Virus record (IMG/VR): IMGVR_UViG_3300011655_000001
Span: 1-35,972 of that record
Source: a virus
Direction: 5' to 3' (one strand)
Length of the DNA stretch: 35,972 nt
Shown piece by piece: positions 31,120-35,972 of this stretch (the first letter of the stretch is position 1; every line of letters begins with the position of its first letter). The notes below the pieces were generated by a model. The model ran no database searches. It was given only the letters and a program-made list of their open reading frames with translations, and was not told where the DNA came from. A program made the position numbers and the translations under genes.

Positions 31120-31565
31120 AAATATTCTCCTTTGGTTAAGCCAACCAGTGTTTGGTCAAGCAATACCCCATTTTTTAAGAATGATTGAGTTAAAACGCCT
31201 TCTTTTTTAAACCCCAAGCCAATCGCATAAATCAATGCCTTGCGATTACTTGAGGGTGTATAAGAAATAGCTTTTAGATATTTGCTAAACAGGTGCTCAA
31301 GCAACAATTTACCTGCCTGAAATGCTTCTTTGCCTCGCAGCAATAAACAGGTATGAATTTCTGCTGTTACTGCATTTTGAGGAGCAAGCATAAAAAGACC
31401 TTTGATTTCTTTATCTTGGTAGATTCCAAGACATTCAAAGGAGTGTGGTAATTGCTGAATTTCGTGATTCTTGGATGCATCGTCCGAAATATCATCATTG
31501 ACTGCAGCATCCAAAATCACGCGATTAATCACATCAATATCACTTAGAGGCTGCAATGTAATCAT
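31098..31565 (-). CDS. GNAT-fold-like protein (155 aa) in the virion module (P22 gp14 position)
   Basis: LRGKEAFQAGKLLLEHLF resembles an acetyl-CoA-loop region, and SNRKALIYAIGLGFKKEGVL resembles GNAT motif B. It is ATGA-coupled to the upstream gene. Confidence 0.4.
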   Translation of the reverse strand: MITLQPLSDIDVINRVILDAAVNDDISDDASKNHEIQQLPHSFECLGIYQDKEIKGLFMLAPQNAVTAEIHTCLLLRGKEAFQAGKLLLEHLFSKYLKAISYTPSSNRKALIYAIGLGFKKEGVLTQSFLKNGVLLDQTLVGLTKGEYLCQLQQQ

Positions 31566-31894
31566 GTGACCTCTCGCCCTGACGCTCGAATAGTAAGTGA
31601 AGCAGCCGCACTAGCAATCATGCTAATCGCATCCCCTGCTTCTAACACATGACCGACCAACTCAGGGCAAACATAAGTTTCGTCAGCCGCAACAGCCTTG
31701 TCTTTAATAATTGCATTAGCATCATCCACAGCACCACCTGATGGCACTAGATTGCAGCTAAATGTCACTGCTGCCCCTGTGGTATTCGTTACTGTCACCT
31801 TATCAATCATGGTTTTAACCGATGCGATATGTTGATTGGTTTGAACATCTTCCAATCGCTTTGATGGAATAATATTTTTTACTTTGACAGCCAT
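31562..31894 (-). CDS. Hypothetical virion-module protein (110 aa)
   Basis: Coupled ORF in the structural operon with beta-rich sequence. Confidence 0.55.
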   Translation of the reverse strand: MAVKVKNIIPSKRLEDVQTNQHIASVKTMIDKVTVTNTTGAAVTFSCNLVPSGGAVDDANAIIKDKAVAADETYVCPELVGHVLEAGDAISMIASAAASLTIRASGREVT

Positions 31895-32250
31895 TAGATC
31901 AGCTCCAATGAGTTAATTTCTTGATGTTGAGTTTGTGTGGGTCCGATGTGGTCTGTTGCGACATGCTCATAACGTGGCGTTAAGTCGTCATGTTGGCAAT
32001 TGCATTGATGCACTGGCTCCATAGCTTTGATTTCGGCCAGCGCTTCTACCGCTTGAATTAATGCAATTGCCAAGGCAGCTTGAGTTGCTGCACTATCTGC
32101 CGCAAAAAGAACATCTTCAATGCTGCCGTCCTGCCGATTAAACTCTCCCGGCACCACATCAAACACTTGCTCAAATGCCTTTAAGACCCGTGGATCTTTA
32201 AAAATCTTGGCAAGTTCTTCACGGCTTGGTTTTTTGGGTCTGACTAACAT
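31894..32250 (-). CDS. Hypothetical tail plug/needle-position protein (118 aa)
   Basis: It follows the gp10-like gene, where P22 has gp26, and has a short Ala-rich helical core. The function is not established. Confidence 0.45.
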   Translation of the reverse strand: MLVRPKKPSREELAKIFKDPRVLKAFEQVFDVVPGEFNRQDGSIEDVLFAADSAATQAALAIALIQAVEALAEIKAMEPVHQCNCQHDDLTPRYEHVATDHIGPTQTQHQEINSLELI

Positions 32251-33636
32251 TTAAACCCCCAGTGGCTCCACTTTCGCCTCTAATCGTGCAATAGACAAAC
32301 GCGCATCTGATGTGCCTGTAAATCGTTGGATACGCCAGTTTTGCATGTAGCCTTGCTGGAACCACACAAGGCGCTTAGTACGCTGACCTTGCTTACCCAC
32401 ACTAATAAATTTAGGCATGGACCACTCAATACCATCTACTGAGTATTGTGTGTAGATTCTGGATTCTTTATTGAAAGCATTACGACCAGTTAAAGCCACC
32501 AATTCGAGTTGATGGAAGATGGCGCCGGTAGAATTGTTATAAACAATCGCTGTACCAAACTGCCATTCGACAACCTCACCCCAATGCTCACCAGATTGAT
32601 CGGTAAGGACGCCAAGCTTGGATTCTGATGTGTGACCAACAAACCATTGGTTATGTGCATAGGTCATGTTTCGAGCCTTGTAGCCGCCACCACTATTCAA
32701 AATAAACCATGTTGGCTGGCCAGTTGTTTGTGATGCAACCGAGTCATAGACCAGTGTTTGATCTGGCAGATGAATGTATAACCATGAATGACCATCTACT
32801 TGTCGAGATTCCATCTGACATTCGGTTAATTGGCTTTCTGTGTAATTTGAAAGAATCTGCTCAACTTCACGTGTTGCAATCTTTTGTGCAGAACCTGCAG
32901 ATGAAATATAAACTGTGATGGCTTCATTTCGCCCGCCACCAAGCATAGCGATTGCATCCATGTAAACACATGCAGTCTTTTTGCTCAGCGTGCCCTTGGT
33001 GGTTTGAGCGCCATCAATGCGCTGGAATGGGAAGTATTCACCGCCGACGTTATCAAACACTTCAATAGTGTGTCGGTTTAACACATATACTTCATTTCGA
33101 AGCTTGATTAGACCAACGATAGGATCGGGATCGACTTCTGAAGAGCCATATTTAAGCGGGTTTACTTCAAATGGATTATTTAATTCAGTGACAACAATGT
33201 TGTTGCTATCACTTGTCATGAAATAACCATCTACCCAGATCACATCGCAGACTGTACCTAAATTTGGGTCTGTTACTTGCTTAAGTGTGCCGTTATATAA
33301 GTACAAGGCACTCCCTGCATTTATGGCTAGATAATCAAATGAGTAGTCAAATGAACATAGCCCGCCTGATTGCACATTGCCAATCTCTGTAACCTGACCA
33401 GATGCTGTGATTTTTACAAACTTGGTGCCGCAAACTCGATAATGCTCACCACGCCAAACAACTCCACCACGATCCACACCTGGTAGATCAGCAACATGGT
33501 TAATGCCTTCGGCCGGCCGTAAGTATCCAGCAGAAATCCCCTGTCCTTTTGGAACTGGAATCAGATTTACTGGATAGGCTGTGCGAAAGTCAGAGTTATT
33601 GTCAGTATAGATTCCATCCAAAATAGGGATTTGCAT
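32251..33636 (-). CDS. Head-completion / tail hub protein (P22 gp10-like, 461 aa)
   Basis: Its size and position match P22 gp10. The N-terminus (YPVNLIPVPKGQGISAGYLRPAEGI) parallels P22 gp10 as I recall it (YLPVNMLATPKEILNSSGYLRSFPGI). ATG 33636 has a GGGG SD. Confidence 0.7.
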   Translation of the reverse strand: MQIPILDGIYTDNNSDFRTAYPVNLIPVPKGQGISAGYLRPAEGINHVADLPGVDRGGVVWRGEHYRVCGTKFVKITASGQVTEIGNVQSGGLCSFDYSFDYLAINAGSALYLYNGTLKQVTDPNLGTVCDVIWVDGYFMTSDSNNIVVTELNNPFEVNPLKYGSSEVDPDPIVGLIKLRNEVYVLNRHTIEVFDNVGGEYFPFQRIDGAQTTKGTLSKKTACVYMDAIAMLGGGRNEAITVYISSAGSAQKIATREVEQILSNYTESQLTECQMESRQVDGHSWLYIHLPDQTLVYDSVASQTTGQPTWFILNSGGGYKARNMTYAHNQWFVGHTSESKLGVLTDQSGEHWGEVVEWQFGTAIVYNNSTGAIFHQLELVALTGRNAFNKESRIYTQYSVDGIEWSMPKFISVGKQGQRTKRLVWFQQGYMQNWRIQRFTGTSDARLSIARLEAKVEPLGV

Positions 33637-33638
33637 AT

Positions 33639-34091
33639 TTACCCCACTCGATACCAAGTATTAGAGAGCTTGTCGTACTTCAATTTAAAGAAACCGTTTG
33701 CAGCTAAGGCATTTGGCGCACCAATCACAAGTGCATTATTCCCATCAATCGAGAAGTTATTCACCTGTTGAGCGCAAGCAACCAGTAAGACTTGACCATC
33801 AGTCACAGTGTAACGCTCAGGCAATTTGATTGAGCCTGTGGTTATGCTTACAGATGGGCTTAAGATCAGATAGGTGCCAACCTCATGGTTTTCGATGTTG
33901 AGTGTGAAATCCGCATTCGGGTTAAAGTGCTGAATATTGATTGGTGGGTAATCAACCTTCTTAATACTTTCCTGAATTTTCTCAATCAGTAACTCAACTG
34001 GCGCACCACGATAATCCTGATTGTTTGCACTCCAAATCACCACCGAGTCGCTATCGCCAATCTTGTCTGTGATATTTAATCGTTTATTCAT
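33639..34091 (-). CDS. Hypothetical virion-module protein (150 aa)
   Basis: An ORF between the gp4-like and gp10-like genes with overlapping junctions. Confidence 0.55.
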   Translation of the reverse strand: MNKRLNITDKIGDSDSVVIWSANNQDYRGAPVELLIEKIQESIKKVDYPPINIQHFNPNADFTLNIENHEVGTYLILSPSVSITTGSIKLPERYTVTDGQVLLVACAQQVNNFSIDGNNALVIGAPNALAANGFFKLKYDKLSNTWYRVG

Positions 34092-34566
34092 TTGTGAAAC
34101 TCACTGATGTGTCTGGAGCAAAAACTGTTTTAGCTGGTGTCTTTTCAACAAAAGGCAGACAACCGCCTTTATGACCAGCACCACGCGGCAAAGAAGGGTC
34201 AAGCCGAACTCTAGGTGGATTACTAAGCATGGCCAATTGAATCGTTTCAAGCGCATCCTTTGCCATGGCTTTTAACTCAACCGGCACAGCCTTACCAAAT
34301 GAGCTAGCAAGTCGGATAGCTAGATTTAAGCGAACTGCTTCAATCGCATAATCTGGAATATGAGTTTCCTCATCCAGATCGCCACTTTTGGCACTTGAGC
34401 CCAACGGGTAGCCAAAGCGGATATCTTTGGCATCCCATAGGCCCATCATCGTGTCGAGTTTGAGCTTTGCGCTTTCAACCTGTTCTGGCTGCATGTCGAA
34501 CACATAAGATGCAAGTCCTAGTTCTTCAAGCGCTTGCTCAACAATTTGTCTTTTAGTCCAGGACAT
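34084..34566 (-). CDS. Head-to-tail adaptor (P22 gp4-like, 160 aa)
   Basis: MSWTKRQIVEQALEELGLASYVFDMQPEQVESAKLKLDTMMGLWD parallels the P22 gp4 N-terminus as I recall it (..DLVRAALRKLGVAS....PQSMQDAVDDLEAMMAEW). ATG 34566 overlaps the upstream gene's end. Confidence 0.7.
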   Translation of the reverse strand: MSWTKRQIVEQALEELGLASYVFDMQPEQVESAKLKLDTMMGLWDAKDIRFGYPLGSSAKSGDLDEETHIPDYAIEAVRLNLAIRLASSFGKAVPVELKAMAKDALETIQLAMLSNPPRVRLDPSLPRGAGHKGGCLPFVEKTPAKTVFAPDTSVSFTNE

Positions 34567-34942
34567 TTGACACCTCGCTTTCTTCAAACATGCTAAATAA
34601 GTCCTGAGCAATGCGCTGAATTGAATAAGCTTCAAATTCAATGCTTGGCTCATCCTCACCCATCAGCTTTTTAATTCGCTGCCAGATATGCACAGCCTCA
34701 TGCAACAAAAGCCCATGGATCATAATCAATGTTCTTTCACTGCAATCACCTAGCTGAACAACGCAATGCTTGCCACCGTCGTAATAATCAACCTGAGCAC
34801 CAGTGCCCAAATGCAGAAACTCTTGTGTATCACCGACGTCATCGAACAGCAGATCAAATTGATCCTGATTACGGACCAAGGTGTATTTCGAGTGTTCAAA
34901 AAGTGAGATATGCCATTCGGGCACATAGTTATTACTGATCAT
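34553..34942 (-). CDS. Small HExxH-motif protein (129 aa), putative zinc metallopeptidase-like
   Basis: LLLHEAVHIWQ is followed by acidic GEDEPSIEFEAY. It lies between the coat-proximal gene and the adaptor gene. Confidence 0.5.
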   Translation of the reverse strand: MISNNYVPEWHISLFEHSKYTLVRNQDQFDLLFDDVGDTQEFLHLGTGAQVDYYDGGKHCVVQLGDCSERTLIMIHGLLLHEAVHIWQRIKKLMGEDEPSIEFEAYSIQRIAQDLFSMFEESEVSNVLD

Positions 34943-34960
34943 ACTGATGGCCTTGAGTGT

Positions 34961-35380
34961 TTAAGGTTTATCGTCTGATTCAAGCACCAGATTAATTAGC
35001 ATGGGCTTACCATCACGCGCACCATATTCAATTTGTCGCTCATCAAGTGCTTTGCGTAGATCATCGGCTGACATATCTTCGACTTGCTTAAAGCGGATCT
35101 GCTTGCGTAGCTCTTGGTTTTCTTTTAAGGCTTCAACCAGCTCTTCTTTAAGCTTGGTGTTTTCTTCACCTAGCGTATCAAATTGTTCAACCGGTAAGAA
35201 TTTAGATTTATCGATAGAGCTGGCTGCACCAGCACCAATACGAGGTTCACGTTCAGGTAATTCACCAAAACCCACCCAACCAGAATCAAGCAGTTCTTTT
35301 TCTGATTCTTCATTCGATGCGGTTTGGTGTTCGTAATCTGTTTTATTGCCCTTGTAGAGCATTTTTGGATAATTCGACAT
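34961..35380 (-). CDS. Hypothetical head-module protein (139 aa) with a SAP/HeH-like C-terminus
   Basis: ATG 35380 has a GGAG SD. The sequence is MSNYPKMLYKG..., then a coiled-coil middle, then C-terminal MSADDLRKALDERQIEYG. The track's longer start runs through the terminator hairpin. Confidence 0.6.
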   Translation of the reverse strand: MSNYPKMLYKGNKTDYEHQTASNEESEKELLDSGWVGFGELPEREPRIGAGAASSIDKSKFLPVEQFDTLGEENTKLKEELVEALKENQELRKQIRFKQVEDMSADDLRKALDERQIEYGARDGKPMLINLVLESDDKP

Positions 35381-35391
35381 TTCACTACTCC

Positions 35392-35432
35392 AAAAATGAC
35401 GACGCCCACATATAGCGGGCATTTGTCGTCAC
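35392..35432 (-). terminator. Hairpin / probable partial terminator after the coat gene
   Basis: Minus-strand RNA reads GACGAC-aaau-GCCC-(9 nt)-GGGC-GUCGUC followed by AUUUUU. Confidence 0.55.
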
Positions 35433-35442
35433 GGTTTTACTG

Positions 35443-35972
35443 TTAGGTCTGATTTTCCAGCATGATGCCGGCCAATTCAGGGTTAAGCACTTCCACGTTC
35501 GCCCATACAAATAAACGGTAGTTAGCCGCTAATGTGTCGACGTTCGAGTCAGACAGCATCACGATCTGAATACCGCTGTCAGTAGTCGCTTTACGAACAC
35601 GTTTACCAGAAGCTTCAAACGGCTCAGTGTTGAAGTCGGCGTGCACAATTTCAATCGCTGATTTTTCATAGAACACGCTTGCTGCAGTGGTCTTTTTGTT
35701 CAGGATAGTAATTGCCGCATCTGCTGCCGCGCCAGTAGTCACGTTTGCATAAGCTTTTTGAGCTGCTACGGCACCATCTGCAGGAACAATTGCAGGCGAA
35801 ATTGTCCAGTTACCACCATTAATTGCAAGAATACGGAAAGTTTTTAATTGCCCAGTAGACTGTTTGTTGATATGACCAACTGCATACACACCCGCGATTG
35901 TAAACACATCACCAACCGCAGCACCTGTACCAGTTTTAACTGCTAAAGTTTGAGTACGGTTATCGGCGGGGA
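35443..35972 (-). CDS. Major capsid (coat) protein, C-terminal part (continuation of 796..1 through the circular junction)
   Basis: It is in frame with the 1..796 segment once the 78-nt overlap is removed. The track's M at 35907 is an internal GTG (Val). Confidence 0.88.
   Translation of the reverse strand, partial: PADNRTQTLAVKTGTGAAVGDVFTIAGVYAVGHINKQSTGQLKTFRILAINGGNWTISPAIVPADGAVAAQKAYANVTTGAAADAAITILNKKTTAASVFYEKSAIEIVHADFNTEPFEASGKRVRKATTDSGIQIVMLSDSNVDTLAANYRLFVWANVEVLNPELAGIMLENQT
35895..35972. repeat. Terminal duplication, copy 2 (identical to 1..78)
   Basis: Same 78-nt string as the window start. Confidence 0.95.

Noticed and set aside
3772-35422. N-terminal extensions in the ORF track (3796, 6322, 8523, 9089, 12234, 13037, 13759, 14989, 15791, 16317, 22225, 22451, 28653, 30541, 33657, 34659, 35422)
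   Set aside because: These begin at TTG/GTG or at upstream ATGs that lack an SD, and they overlap the preceding gene or a terminator or promoter. Internal ATG or GTG codons with SD motifs and stop/start coupling were used for the feature coordinates instead.

Overview
The window is a complete, circularly closed temperate phage genome. Its first 78 nt are identical to its last 78 nt, leaving about 35,894 bp of unique sequence. The layout is lambdoid/P22-like. (1) A minus-strand late operon runs TerS, TerL, portal, scaffold, P22-type coat (split by the linearisation point), head-completion proteins gp4-like and gp10-like, Gly/Ala/Gln-rich ejection proteins, a P22-type tailspike with a beta-helix, then holin and a GH19 endolysin. 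(2) A lambda-style immunity switch has a CI-like S24 repressor (+) divergent from a Cro-like gene (-), with 19-bp dyad operators overlapping near-identical PR and PL promoters. (3) A minus-strand early-right operon carries an RHH protein, an O-like initiator with internal iterons, a DnaB-type helicase, a nin-like block (HNH, RusA, Ser/Thr phosphatase) and a possible Q-like regulator. (4) A plus-strand early-left operon carries small accessory ORFs, RecT plus exonuclease, an excisionase-like gene and a tyrosine integrase. I saw no rRNA, tRNA, CRISPR array, transposase or recognisable canonical defence system. The accessory content worth follow-up is: a TM-protein plus lipoprotein cassette, partly missing from the ORF track, embedded among the ejection genes; an A+T-rich Wzy/EpsG-like membrane-protein moron beside the tailspike; a second lipoprotein moron; a poly-proline mini-ORF that runs through a terminator just upstream of the holin; a small HExxH protein in the head module; and a conserved box after terminators at module boundaries. 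All family assignments rest on motifs read by eye and on synteny with lambda/P22. No database search was possible. The host guess (an A+T-rich gammaproteobacterium such as Acinetobacter) is inference only.
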